Positions 29,184 to 38,540 of a stretch of 64,000 nt of DNA are shown here, piece after piece. Made by a program: the position numbers and the translations under genes. Location: NCBI GenBank assembly GCA_963703285.1, contig OY969807.1, positions 2,188,124 through 2,252,123 of the forward strand. The letters run 5' to 3'. Each line of letters begins with the position of its first letter. Within the stretch, counting starts at the first letter, position 1. The notes beneath the pieces were generated by a model. It was given only the letters and a program-made list of their open reading frames with translations, was not told the DNA's origin and did not search any database. The stretch is from an uncultured Nitrososphaerota archaeon (GTDB lineage Archaea > Thermoproteota > Nitrososphaeria > Nitrososphaerales > Gagatemarchaeaceae).

Positions 29184-29959
29184 GCCTTGGGTTCTACCGT
29201 GGCCTCTTCCTTCTTCTCTTCGACCGGCGCGGGCGCTTCCTTCGCCTCCTCGGGCTTCTCCTCCTTCCCCTCGCCCTTCCTCGAGTAGACCTCCTCGAAG
29301 GTCACCTTCCTGACGGAGGGCAGGAAGTGCATCATGTCATTGGCGATCCCGCGCTTTGTAACCTGTAGCCCTTCGGCCATGAAGGCCGCGTCCGGGACAA
29401 TCACCGTGAGCTCGGCGGGCGCGAGCGTGAACTCGATTTTCTCGCCAACCTCTCCCGGGAACCTCCTCTTGATGAGCGACCGCGCCTTCTCCTCGTCGGT
29501 CTCCACCTTCCTGACGACCTCAACGTCGTAGATCAGCGTCTTCCCCGCGAGCCTGTGGTTGAAATCCACCTGAGTCCTCCCAGACCCGATGAACCTCACG
29601 ACGCCCATTCTGTTGTCGACCTCCACCACGTCCCCGACGGACATCTCGGACGCCTTCTCGCCGAACTTCCTTATGGGGATCATCCTCAGGAGGGAAGGGT
29701 CGCGCTCCCCCCAGGCCTTCGCGGGTGGCAGCTCGACGGTCTTGCGCTCGCCGGGCTCCATCCTGCTGATCTCCTCGTCGAGGCCCTTCAGCACCCAGTC
29801 TTCGCCTACGGAGACGAGGCGTGGCTCGTACCTCCTCTCCGAGTCGTAGATGTCGAGCTTCTTTGCTTCGTCCTCGAGCGTACTCTCTATGGCCTCGCCA
29901 GTGTCTTTCACCTTGGCCGTGTAGTTCACGTAGATCAGGGTGCCTTTCTCGAATGGCAA
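29180..29959 (-). CDS. FKBP-type peptidyl-prolyl isomerase, archaeal long type
   Basis: MPFEKGTLIYVNYT, KGLDEEI, AWGERDP, VDFNHRLAGKTL. Confidence 0.9.
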   Translation of the reverse strand: MPFEKGTLIYVNYTAKVKDTGEAIESTLEDEAKKLDIYDSERRYEPRLVSVGEDWVLKGLDEEISRMEPGERKTVELPPAKAWGERDPSLLRMIPIRKFGEKASEMSVGDVVEVDNRMGVVRFIGSGRTQVDFNHRLAGKTLIYDVEVVRKVETDEEKARSLIKRRFPGEVGEKIEFTLAPAELTVIVPDAAFMAEGLQVTKRGIANDMMHFLPSVRKVTFEEVYSRKGEGKEEKPEEAKEAPAPVEEKKEEATVEPKA

Positions 29960-30003
29960 TTTCTTTTGAAGCACCACCGTGCTTTTGGCTCGCCTTAAAT
30001 GCT

Positions 30004-31149
30004 TTAGCGGCCGGCCTCGAGGACGGCGACGAGCCGCTTCGTGTCCACCTGGTGGTCGAACTTGCCGAATGTCAACGCCATCGCCGCGGCGGTCCTGTTG
30101 ACGTGCGCCGTGTTGACCTCCCCCATGTTCCCGATCCTGAACATCTTGCTCTTCATCGCGCCGAAGCCCGCCCCCAGGATGATATCGTGCTCCTCGTTCA
30201 TCCTCTTCCTGAAGAGCTTGTCGTCGAGCCCATCCGGATAGAGGCCGGCGATCACGGTGTTCGACCTGACCTGGGGGTCTGCGTATGCCCGCAGGCCCAT
30301 GGCCTCCAGCGCGTTGTAGAACGTCCCTGCGTGGCGCGCGTGCCTCTCGACCCTCTTCTCGAGACCCTCCTCGATGAGCATCTCGAGCGCCTCGTCGAGC
30401 GCGTAGTAGAGCGGGATCGCGGGGGTGAATGGCGTCTCCCCTCGGGCGAGGAAGTCCAACTGGCGCCCGAGGTCGAAGTACCTTACCCTCGGCGGGTCCT
30501 TCCGGACGTAGTCCGCCGCCTTCTTGCTTAGCGAGAGGAGGGCGAGACCGGGCGGCGCCGCGAGGCACTTCTGGCTGCCCGTGATGCAGACGTCCACGCC
30601 CCACCTGTCGACGGGGATCGAGTATCCCCCCAGGGACGATATGGCGTCCACGATGTAGAACGCTCCCTTCTCGCCGACGACCTTGCCCAGCTCCTCGACG
30701 TACGGGACGGCGCAGCCGGTGGAAGTCTCGTTGTGGACGACGTAGACCGCCTTGAGGTCCTTGGTGTTCCTCACCGCCTCCTCGACGGCCCCTAGGCTGG
30801 GGACCTTCCCGAACTCTGAAGCGACCCTCGTGACCTCGCCGCCTGCGAGCTCCACGGCCTCGGCGAGGCGAGCGCCAAACTCTCCGAAGACGGTCACCAC
30901 CACCCTGTCGCCGGGCCGGACCAAGTTCCAGACCGCGGCCTCGACCCCGCCGGTCCCCGACGAGCTGAGGATGAGCGGGCTCTCGGTGGTCTGGAAGAGC
31001 GCCTTCGACTTCTCCGTGACCTCCTTCAGCAGCTCCGCGAACGCCTCCCCCCTGTGGTTGATCATGGGCTTGATCATCGCGGCCATTACCCTGTCGGGGA
31101 CGTTCGTCGGGCCTGGCAGCATTATGAGCTTCCGCCTGGGGTAGTCCAT
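30004..31149 (-). CDS. Class V PLP aminotransferase (serine-pyruvate/alanine-glyoxylate family)
   Basis: MLPGPTNV, HNETSTG, DAISSLGG, GSQKCLAAPPG. Confidence 0.9.
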   Translation of the reverse strand: MDYPRRKLIMLPGPTNVPDRVMAAMIKPMINHRGEAFAELLKEVTEKSKALFQTTESPLILSSSGTGGVEAAVWNLVRPGDRVVVTVFGEFGARLAEAVELAGGEVTRVASEFGKVPSLGAVEEAVRNTKDLKAVYVVHNETSTGCAVPYVEELGKVVGEKGAFYIVDAISSLGGYSIPVDRWGVDVCITGSQKCLAAPPGLALLSLSKKAADYVRKDPPRVRYFDLGRQLDFLARGETPFTPAIPLYYALDEALEMLIEEGLEKRVERHARHAGTFYNALEAMGLRAYADPQVRSNTVIAGLYPDGLDDKLFRKRMNEEHDIILGAGFGAMKSKMFRIGNMGEVNTAHVNRTAAAMALTFGKFDHQVDTKRLVAVLEAGR

Positions 31150-31150
31150 C

Positions 31151-31696
31151 CTAGGACGCCTCCAGGTCCTTCGTGATCATGCTCCTGACCCTCCCTACGC
31201 CGTCCAGGTCCTTCACCATCCTCTCCACGGCCGGGGGCACGAGCGTCTCCCAGTCCTTCCGCTCGAGTATCCTCGTCCTGATGTTCGTTGCCGAGTACTC
31301 TCCCCTGTTGAGGTACGGTATCGGGGTCACCCTGATGCCCTCCTCCTTGAGGAGGCGTATCGTGAGGCTGTCGTTGGAGAATACGATGTCGAACCGGGGT
31401 ACGGTCGACCTGAGCGTCGCGGTCCAGACCGAGTGCGACTGCGCGTCGTTGATGGGGATCAACATCCACCGCCTCGCGTCTACCTTCGCTTCGTCGAGAG
31501 CCGCCTTGATCATCATGATCCTCTCGCCCGCCGTGAACGGGTTGTCGCGCTCGTGGCTCCTCTGGGCGCTGCCCACAACTATGTACAGGTAGCCTACCTC
31601 CTTCAGCGCATATCTGACTGCCGCAAGGTGTCCGTTGTGAAAGGGCTGAAACCTCCCGACGAGTAGTCCCACCCTGCTCTTGGGCATCTCTGACAA
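31151..31696 (-). CDS. nadM: Nicotinamide-nucleotide adenylyltransferase
   Basis: GRFQPFHNGH, GSAQRSH..NPFTAGER, SATNIR. Confidence 0.93.
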   Translation of the reverse strand: MSEMPKSRVGLLVGRFQPFHNGHLAAVRYALKEVGYLYIVVGSAQRSHERDNPFTAGERIMMIKAALDEAKVDARRWMLIPINDAQSHSVWTATLRSTVPRFDIVFSNDSLTIRLLKEEGIRVTPIPYLNRGEYSATNIRTRILERKDWETLVPPAVERMVKDLDGVGRVRSMITKDLEAS

Positions 31697-31767
31697 ACGG
31701 GTTTTCGTTGACTATTTAAGCGGTTTTCGGGGAGGCGCCTCCGGCAGTAGGTCCTTGGAGGCGCGGG

Positions 31768-32799
31768 TTGTCCACAGTTGAGATCGATGGCTCCTTTGGC
31801 GAAGGCGGAGGGCAGACCGTTCGCATCGCGACCTCCTTCTCCATCATCCTGAACCGGCCGATCCATGTCACAAACGTCAGGGCCGGGAGGCAGGTTCCGG
31901 GCCTCAGGCCGCAGCATGCGTCGACCCTGAAGATCCTGGGGGATGTCACCGGCGGCGCCGTGGAGGGCGGCGGGATCGGCTCGACGGAGTTCGCCTTCAC
32001 CCCCGGTCGCCCTGAGAGCCGGACTATGACCCTCGACATGGGGACCGCCGCGAGCATCACACTCGTCCTGCAGGCCCTCGTGCCCGCCATCGCCCTCTCC
32101 GGGGTGTCCCTCGATCTCGAGCTCGTGGGGGGGACGGACGTCCCTTGGAGCCCCACCCTGGACTACGTCAGCACGGTCCTTGCCCCGGGCCTCGGCCGGA
32201 TTGGCATCGTCTTCTCCGTCGCGGCGACGAGGCGCGGTTACTACCCGAACGGAGGAGGAATGGCGAGCATAAGGATCGAACCCTCCCACGGGGTGAGCGC
32301 GATGGAGCTGGTCGCGAGGGAGACCGACCCCACAATCAAGATCATCAGCAGGGCGGGGATGCTGCCGAAGCGGGTGCCGGAGCAGCAGGTCACCTCGGCC
32401 CAGGAACTGCTCGGGCGGCATGGCCTGCACGCCGATGCGGAGGTCCACCTCGAGGAGTCCTCCTCTCCGGGTAGCTCGATACTAGTAAGCTCGGTAGACG
32501 GCTCCTGCTTCATCGGAGCGGATTCGATCGGCGCCAGGGGCAAGCCGGCCCTGCGGGTGGGGTCGGAGGCCGCGTGGCGCTTCTCCCGGGCCTTCCTGTC
32601 AGGAGCCTGCGTCGACGCGCACTTCGCCGACATGCTGGCCCCCCTGCTGTGCCTCGCCGGCGCAAGGTCGACCATCCTGGCTTCGGAGGCCACCGACCAC
32701 CTCAGGACGAGCCTCTACGTGGCCCAGCGGTTCGTGCGCGCCGTTTGCGCGATCGAGCCACGCGGAGCCGCGCAGCTGGTCACCATCGACCCGCGCTAG
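31768..32799 (+). CDS. rtcA: RNA 3'-terminal phosphate cyclase
   Basis: DGSFGEGGGQ, GLRPQH, GGTDVPWSP, RRGYYPNGGG, DAHFAD. Confidence 0.93.
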   Translation: MSTVEIDGSFGEGGGQTVRIATSFSIILNRPIHVTNVRAGRQVPGLRPQHASTLKILGDVTGGAVEGGGIGSTEFAFTPGRPESRTMTLDMGTAASITLVLQALVPAIALSGVSLDLELVGGTDVPWSPTLDYVSTVLAPGLGRIGIVFSVAATRRGYYPNGGGMASIRIEPSHGVSAMELVARETDPTIKIISRAGMLPKRVPEQQVTSAQELLGRHGLHADAEVHLEESSSPGSSILVSSVDGSCFIGADSIGARGKPALRVGSEAAWRFSRAFLSGACVDAHFADMLAPLLCLAGARSTILASEATDHLRTSLYVAQRFVRAVCAIEPRGAAQLVTIDPR

Positions 32800-32834
32800 C
32801 AAAATAGCTAATAAGGTGCTGGCGGCGGCTTCCA

Positions 32835-33446
32835 ATGGCGTTTTACTTGTCGTTCGATGCTTACATCCCCGGCGCGACCGCGGTCGGTGTCACCTACAAG
32901 GATGGTGTCGTGCTGGGGGCCGAGAGGAGGATAACGCTCGCCAACTACGTCCTAAGCAAGACGGGCAGGAAGGTCTTCAGGGTGACGGACTCGACGGGAG
33001 CCGTCTGCGCCGGCATGATCTCGGACATGCAGAACCTGGTAAGACAGGTCGGCGTCTACGCCAAGCTGAAGGAGCTCGAGGTGAAGAGGACGCTGAGGCC
33101 GGGTGCGGTGGCGAAGCTGATGTCGGTCATAATGTTCGAGCAGCGGTTCGCACCCTTCATCACGCAGGTCATCCTGGGTGGCATCGACGTCAAGCCCAAG
33201 GTGTGGGTGCTGGACCCGCTGGGGTCGATAATCGCGGACGAGTACGCCGCAGTCGGGACGGGGGCCGAGATGGCCGTCGGTGTCATCGAGCAGGGGTTCG
33301 CCCCATCCATGTCTTACAAGGACGCCAAGGAGCTTCTGGTCACGTCGATCAGGGCCGCCATCGCAAGGGACTCGATGAGCGGAAACGGGATCGACTTGCT
33401 GACGATAGACAAGTCCGGAATCAAGGAAGACGAGGCCGAAGTCTAG
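32835..33446 (+). CDS. psmB: Proteasome beta subunit paralog lacking the catalytic Thr
   Basis: PG|ATAVG, GAERR, DPLGS, RDSMSGNGID. Confidence 0.9.
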   Translation: MAFYLSFDAYIPGATAVGVTYKDGVVLGAERRITLANYVLSKTGRKVFRVTDSTGAVCAGMISDMQNLVRQVGVYAKLKELEVKRTLRPGAVAKLMSVIMFEQRFAPFITQVILGGIDVKPKVWVLDPLGSIIADEYAAVGTGAEMAVGVIEQGFAPSMSYKDAKELLVTSIRAAIARDSMSGNGIDLLTIDKSGIKEDEAEV

Positions 33447-33511
33447 AACTCAGACGGGCGGCTTCTGCCAACGTCGCCCAAAGCGATCGCTTGCGGTTCT
33501 CCCGGGGCGCT

Positions 33512-33658
33512 CTACTCGGGGACGCTCTCTGCGTGTACCTTTCCGTCCTTGAGGGAGACGAACAGGTACCTGTTGTCCTCGAAGACGAGCGTGAGTTCGT
33601 TTTCCTTCTCCGTGACCGTCAGCAACCTCTTCTCGACTATCCCGTCGAACTTGGCCAT
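33512..33658 (-). CDS. Small hypothetical protein, 48 aa
   Basis: MAKFDGIVEKRLLTVTEKENELTLVFEDNRYLFVSLKDGKVHAESVPE*; host-like codon usage. Confidence 0.65.
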   Translation of the reverse strand: MAKFDGIVEKRLLTVTEKENELTLVFEDNRYLFVSLKDGKVHAESVPE

Positions 33659-33701
33659 CGGTTTCCACGTCCCCGCGTCTGGATATTTCTGTGTTACGAA
33701 G

Positions 33702-33887
33702 TCATTCGATGAAAGAAGTCAGCTTCGAGTTCTTCTGCAGGACGAACTGCTCCACGCTCTTCCCGGTGGCGGCCCTGACCAGCTCTCTGACGACCTCGTC
33801 CATGGACTTGGCCCTCCTCTGGTCCCTGAGCAGCTTTAGTACCTTGTGGGTGTCGCCGTGCACCTTCACGCTTTTGATTACGAGCAT
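33702..33887 (-). CDS. Small ribbon-helix-helix-like protein
   Basis: KSVKVHGDTHKVLKLLR..SMDEVVRELV. Confidence 0.65.
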   Translation of the reverse strand: MLVIKSVKVHGDTHKVLKLLRDQRRAKSMDEVVRELVRAATGKSVEQFVLQKNSKLTSFIE

Positions 33888-33937
33888 CCCGCCGTTTCTC
33901 CCGCCGGCCCCTTGAATACTTTGTTGGCCGGGTATTG

Positions 33938-34017
33938 ACTCAGTATCGTCGCGAGTTCGTCATCTGCACCGGAGCTAACTGGTGCTAAGACTGGGACGGC
34001 GTTGACCTCATCGTCTT
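33938..34017 (-). ncRNA. C/D-box guide sRNA, likely targeting 23S rRNA
   Basis: C ACGAUGA, guide ending GCCGUCCCAGU, D' CUUA, hairpin, C' AGAUGA, guide containing CUCGCGACG, D CUGA; guides complement conserved 23S segments ACUGGGGCGGC and CGUCGCGAG. Confidence 0.7.
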
Positions 34018-34074
34018 CCCTGCCTGATGGCCCGTTTCTTTTAGGTTTTATGCGCCGCCGTCGGCACCCATGGC

Positions 34075-35211
34075 GTGCTCCCTCTCAAGGGAATCAGGGT
34101 GCTCGACATATCCAGGCTCCTGCCCGGCGGCTTCTGCTCCCACCTGCTCTCGGAGTACGGTGCGGAGGTCATCAAGGTCGAGGAGCCGGGCCTGGGAGAC
34201 TACATCCGCGACGTCCCTCCCCTCCTCGACGGCGTCAGCCTCGTCCACACGATGATCAACCGGGACAAGCAGTCTATCGCCCTCGACCTCAAGAAGGAAG
34301 GGGGGAAGGACGTGCTCAGGGCCCTCATAAAGCGCTCAGACGTCTTCCTGGAGGGCTTCCGCCCCGGGGTGGCGGAAGGTCTCGGCTTCTCGTTCGAGGA
34401 GGTGAGGAGGCTCAACGGCAGGATCGTCTACTGCTCCATCTCGTCCTTCGGGAGGGAGTCCAGCCTGAGCTCGATGCCCGCCCACGACCTCAACCTCGAG
34501 GCTATGAGCGGGCTCCTGGGGTCGGTGCGCAAGCCGGAGGTCCCGTTCGTGCAGTGGGCGGACTACGTCTCCGGTCTGTACGCCGCCATCGGGATACTTG
34601 CGGCCCTGAGGCGCAAGAGCGCGAGGGCCGTCCACATCGACGTGCCGATGGTCCAGTCGTTGATGTCCCTCCTGATGCTCCCCGCCTCGTCTTACTTTGC
34701 GACGGCTGAGCCTCCCGCCCGCGGCCAGAGCCTCGTCTTCGGCTCTGAACCTTACTACTGCGTCTACAGGACGGCTGACGACAGGTACGTGGCTGTCGCC
34801 GCCATCGAGCCCCACCTTTGGGAGAACCTGATGGAGGCACTCGGCCTCTCCCGTCTGGCTCCCCTAAGGTCGGGGAACGCTCGCCAGCGGGCCAGGCTGG
34901 GAAGGGAGTTGAGGCGGGCGTTCGCCTCGAGGACCCAGGAGGCCTGGTCGTCGCTGCTGATGGGCAGGGACTCCGCGGTCACCCCGATATTGGACATCCA
35001 CGAGGCTCTGGACTCAGCGTGGGCGAGGGAATCGGGGGTGGTCGGGAGCCTGAACGGAAGGCGGGTCCTGAACCAGCCGCTGAGGTTCTCTCCCAGGACG
35101 AGGACGAAGGGCGCCCCCCGTCTGGGCGAGCACACCGCTCGGGTACTGAGGTCCCTCGGATACACGCCCTCGGAGATTGAAGCGCTCCGCAGGGCCGGTG
35201 CGGTCGCATGA
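34075..35211 (+). CDS. CaiB/BaiF family III CoA-transferase
   Basis: LKGIRVLDISRLLPGG, GAEVIKVE, EGFRPGV, APRLGEHT. Confidence 0.92.
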   Translation: MLPLKGIRVLDISRLLPGGFCSHLLSEYGAEVIKVEEPGLGDYIRDVPPLLDGVSLVHTMINRDKQSIALDLKKEGGKDVLRALIKRSDVFLEGFRPGVAEGLGFSFEEVRRLNGRIVYCSISSFGRESSLSSMPAHDLNLEAMSGLLGSVRKPEVPFVQWADYVSGLYAAIGILAALRRKSARAVHIDVPMVQSLMSLLMLPASSYFATAEPPARGQSLVFGSEPYYCVYRTADDRYVAVAAIEPHLWENLMEALGLSRLAPLRSGNARQRARLGRELRRAFASRTQEAWSSLLMGRDSAVTPILDIHEALDSAWARESGVVGSLNGRRVLNQPLRFSPRTRTKGAPRLGEHTARVLRSLGYTPSEIEALRRAGAVA

Positions 35212-35307
35212 GGTCCCCTGCGGACCCCCCCACCTGAGCCCGGCACGTCCGGCTGCAATCACGGCACGTTTAGAAACCCCGCGGACCCGAACGCCACGGA
35301 CGTAAGA

Positions 35308-37284
35308 TTGGCAGCTGAGATTCGAAGCGTCGGTGTCCTCGGCGCGGGCACCATGGGGCACGGCATTGCGGAGGCGGCCGCTCTTGCAGGTTACCAGGTC
35401 ACGGTCTACGACGTCGAGCAATCGTTCCTGGACAGCGGGATGCAGAAGCTGCGCTGGTCCGTCTCGAAGCTCACAGAGAAGGGCGTCCTGTCCGCGGAGC
35501 GAAGCGCCGAGGTGCTCGCACGGGTGCGCGGGACGCTGGACCTGCGAGAGATGGCCCCCGTCGGTCTCATAATAGAGGCCGTGCCGGAGGACCTCGCCGT
35601 GAAGTCCAAGGTCTTCCACGACGTGGAGGAACTGAACAAGGGCGCCGTCCTCGCTTCCAACACGAGCACGATACCCATCTCGGAGATAGCGAGAACCAGC
35701 TCCACCCCTGAGCGCTATGTGGGGATGCACTTCTTCAACCCCCCCGTCCTCATGCCCCTCGTCGAGGTGATCAGGGGTGAGAAGACCGACGAGCGGACGG
35801 TCGACCGAGCCGTCTCCTTCGCCAAGTCCCTGGGAAAGCAGGTGGTGCTCTGCAGGAAGGACGTCCCCGGATTCATAGTCAACAGGATTCTCGGCCCCCT
35901 CCTGAACGAAGCGGCCTGGGTGGTGGCCCGCGGCCAGGCCACGGTCGAAGCGGTCGACTCCGCCACCGTCCAGAAGGTGGGGCTTCCGATGGGCCTCTTT
36001 GAGCTAGCCGACTACACCGGGATTGACGTGATCTACAAGGCCGGGGAGGCCGTGAGATCCCGCGACCCGACTTCCATACCCGGGGCGCCCGTCTTCCAGG
36101 AGCTGTTCAAGGCAGGGAAGCTCGGGAAGAAGTCCGGCGAGGGATTCTACTCATATTCGGACTCGAGCCCGAGGCCGAAGATCGCAGCCGAGGCAGGGCG
36201 GAATGTCGACCCCCTCCTCGTCTTCTCAGTCGCCGTGAACTCGGCGGCGTGGCTCCTGAGAAACCAGGTCTGCTCGAAGGAGGACCTGGATCTCTCGGTG
36301 AAGCTGGGGCTCGGCTTCCCCGACGGCCTGCTCCGGATGGCGGACTCGTGGGGGATAGACAACGTCGTTGCAGCTCTCAAAGAGAAGCAGAGGCTCTACG
36401 GTCAAGAATACTCCCCCGATCCGCTGCTCGAGGAGATGGTGAAGGACGGCCGGCTCGGCGTCGTCGCGGGGAGAGGGTTCTTCGAATACTCGAAGACGGA
36501 TTGGTCGTTCGACGAGTTGATACTCACCAAGTCTCCCCCGCTCGCCTGGATACGGCTCAACAGGCCCCACAAGCTGAACACGATGACCCCGAAGATGATT
36601 GAGGAGCTGGAACTCGCCGCCGAGGACGTCGCCCGCGACGAGACCATACGGGTGGTCGTGATAACGGGAGAGGGGGGCAGGGCGTTCAGCGCGGGCGCCG
36701 ATCTCACCAGCTTCGGATTCGGGACCGACATCAAGGCCTTCGGCGCGTCGCGCCGAATGTACGAGGCGTTCAGCTCCTTCGAGAGGATGACCAAGCCTGT
36801 CGTCGCGGCGATCGACGGCTACGCCCTGGGCGGAGGATGCGAGCTCGCCCTGGCCTGCGACTTCCGTCTCGCCTCCGAGTCGAGCCAGATTGGTCTGACG
36901 GAGACCAACCTGGGCATCATGCCAGGGGCGGGCGGGACGCAGAGGCTGCCCAGGCTGGTCGGGCTGGCCAAGGCGAGGGAGATGATCTACTTCGGGAGCA
37001 AGCTCCCCGCCGGTGAGGCGCTGAAGATCGGCCTCGTGGACAGGGTCTTCCCCAATTCCGAGTTCAGCACCCTAGTCGAGCAGTTTGCGAAGAGCCTGGC
37101 GAAGAGGGCCCCCCTCGCGCTGAAGTTCTCCAAGCTCGCCCTGAACGTAGCGAGCCAGTCCCCGCCAGACATGGGGGAGCTCTTCGAGGCGGAGAGCTTC
37201 GCCATGCTGCTCTCGACGCAGGACGCGTCGGAGGGAATCTCCTCGTTGTTCTCCAAGAAGGAGCCCGAGTTCAAGGGCGAGTGA
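35308..37284 (+). CDS. 3-hydroxyacyl-CoA dehydrogenase / enoyl-CoA hydratase fusion
   Basis: GAGTMGHGIA, ASNTS, GMHFFNP, PGFIVNR; C-terminal FSAGAD, GGGCELALACD. Confidence 0.93.
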   Translation: MAAEIRSVGVLGAGTMGHGIAEAAALAGYQVTVYDVEQSFLDSGMQKLRWSVSKLTEKGVLSAERSAEVLARVRGTLDLREMAPVGLIIEAVPEDLAVKSKVFHDVEELNKGAVLASNTSTIPISEIARTSSTPERYVGMHFFNPPVLMPLVEVIRGEKTDERTVDRAVSFAKSLGKQVVLCRKDVPGFIVNRILGPLLNEAAWVVARGQATVEAVDSATVQKVGLPMGLFELADYTGIDVIYKAGEAVRSRDPTSIPGAPVFQELFKAGKLGKKSGEGFYSYSDSSPRPKIAAEAGRNVDPLLVFSVAVNSAAWLLRNQVCSKEDLDLSVKLGLGFPDGLLRMADSWGIDNVVAALKEKQRLYGQEYSPDPLLEEMVKDGRLGVVAGRGFFEYSKTDWSFDELILTKSPPLAWIRLNRPHKLNTMTPKMIEELELAAEDVARDETIRVVVITGEGGRAFSAGADLTSFGFGTDIKAFGASRRMYEAFSSFERMTKPVVAAIDGYALGGGCELALACDFRLASESSQIGLTETNLGIMPGAGGTQRLPRLVGLAKAREMIYFGSKLPAGEALKIGLVDRVFPNSEFSTLVEQFAKSLAKRAPLALKFSKLALNVASQSPPDMGELFEAESFAMLLSTQDASEGISSLFSKKEPEFKGE

Positions 37285-37384
37285 GGCCCCCGCCTCTTCG
37301 TCCGATGACCTGCTTTCCCGGGAGGTGACGGAGGGTCAACGAAACCTGAACCGATAAATACGGAATGGGGCGGTCTCCCGCTCC

Positions 37385-38539
37385 ATGTCCTCACCGGAGA
37401 TCCTCCTCAAGGCCGAACATGAGGAGCTCAGGACCTGGGCACGGGATTTCGCAGCTAGGGAGATCGCTCCGCTCGCAGAGAGGATCGACAGGAACGACGA
37501 GTATCCGAGAGAGCTCATCCGGAAGATGGGCGAGTACGGGCTGCTGGGGATCAACATTCCCATGGAGTACGGCGGCCTGGGGCTGGACCTCCTCAGCTCC
37601 GTGGTCGTGGGGGAGGAGATAGCCAAGGTCAGCCTCTCGGTGGGGCTCCTGATCGGGGTACAGAACGGACTGGTGGGCTACCCGCTGGCCCAGTTCGGCA
37701 CGAAGGAGCAGAAGGAGACGTACCTGCCCAGGCTGGTGAAGGGCGAGATCATCGGGTGCTACGGGCTGACGGAACCTGGGGTGGGCTCCGACGCCGCCAA
37801 CATTCAGACGAGGGCGGAGAAGGTGGGCGACTCGTACAGGATAAACGGCTCGAAGATGTGGATCTCACAGGGCTTCTACGCGGACTTCGTCGTCCTCTTC
37901 GCCAGGACCGGGACCGTCGAGGACAAGGCGGCCGGCATGAGCGCCTTCGTCGTCGAGAAGGGGACGAAGGGGTTCGACGTCGGCGGGAAGCTCGAGGTGA
38001 TGGGTGTGCGGGGGACCGGCACGGCGGAGCTGGTCTTCAACGACTGCGTGGTGCCGTCGACGAGCCTGCTCGGCTCCCCTGGCGACGGCTTCCTCATAGC
38101 GATGGCCGTGCTCAACCAGGGGCGCGTGGCAGCGGCCGCAGGAGCGGTCGGCGTCGCGGAGGCGGCTCTCGAGGCGTGCATATCGTACTCGAAGAAGCGG
38201 GTGCTGTTCGACAGGCCGCTCAGCAGGCTCGAGGCCATCCGTTTCCTGATAGCCGAGATGGCGACGAGGACCGAAGCAGCGAAGCTGCTGACGTACCGTG
38301 CCGCGTGCGTCCGCGACAAGGGAGAGGACTTCATCAGGGAGGCCTCGATGGCCAAGCTGTTCGCGACCGAGACGGCCGTCTGGGCGAGCGAGCGCGCGAT
38401 CCAGATACACGGAGGAATAGGGCTTAGCAAACAGCTCCCCATCGAGAGGTACCTTCGGGACGCCAAGGTCATGGACATCGTCGAAGGGACCTCCGAGGTC
38501 CAGAAGTGGATACTCGCGAGGGAGCTGATAGGCAACTAG
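37385..38539 (+). CDS. Acyl-CoA dehydrogenase
   Basis: LTEPGVGSD, NGSKMWIS, QIHGGIG, IVEGTSEVQ. Confidence 0.94.
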   Translation: MSSPEILLKAEHEELRTWARDFAAREIAPLAERIDRNDEYPRELIRKMGEYGLLGINIPMEYGGLGLDLLSSVVVGEEIAKVSLSVGLLIGVQNGLVGYPLAQFGTKEQKETYLPRLVKGEIIGCYGLTEPGVGSDAANIQTRAEKVGDSYRINGSKMWISQGFYADFVVLFARTGTVEDKAAGMSAFVVEKGTKGFDVGGKLEVMGVRGTGTAELVFNDCVVPSTSLLGSPGDGFLIAMAVLNQGRVAAAAGAVGVAEAALEACISYSKKRVLFDRPLSRLEAIRFLIAEMATRTEAAKLLTYRAACVRDKGEDFIREASMAKLFATETAVWASERAIQIHGGIGLSKQLPIERYLRDAKVMDIVEGTSEVQKWILARELIGN

Positions 38540-38540
38540 G

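Noticed and set aside
30001-30011. GCCGCTAAAGC match to the carB intron on the minus strand
   Set aside because: It is the aminotransferase stop codon running into the next TATA box; the hairpin and central helix cannot form.
37300-37352. CCGATGA...CTGA spacing suggestive of a C/D sRNA
   Set aside because: No clear D'/C' boxes and no identifiable target.
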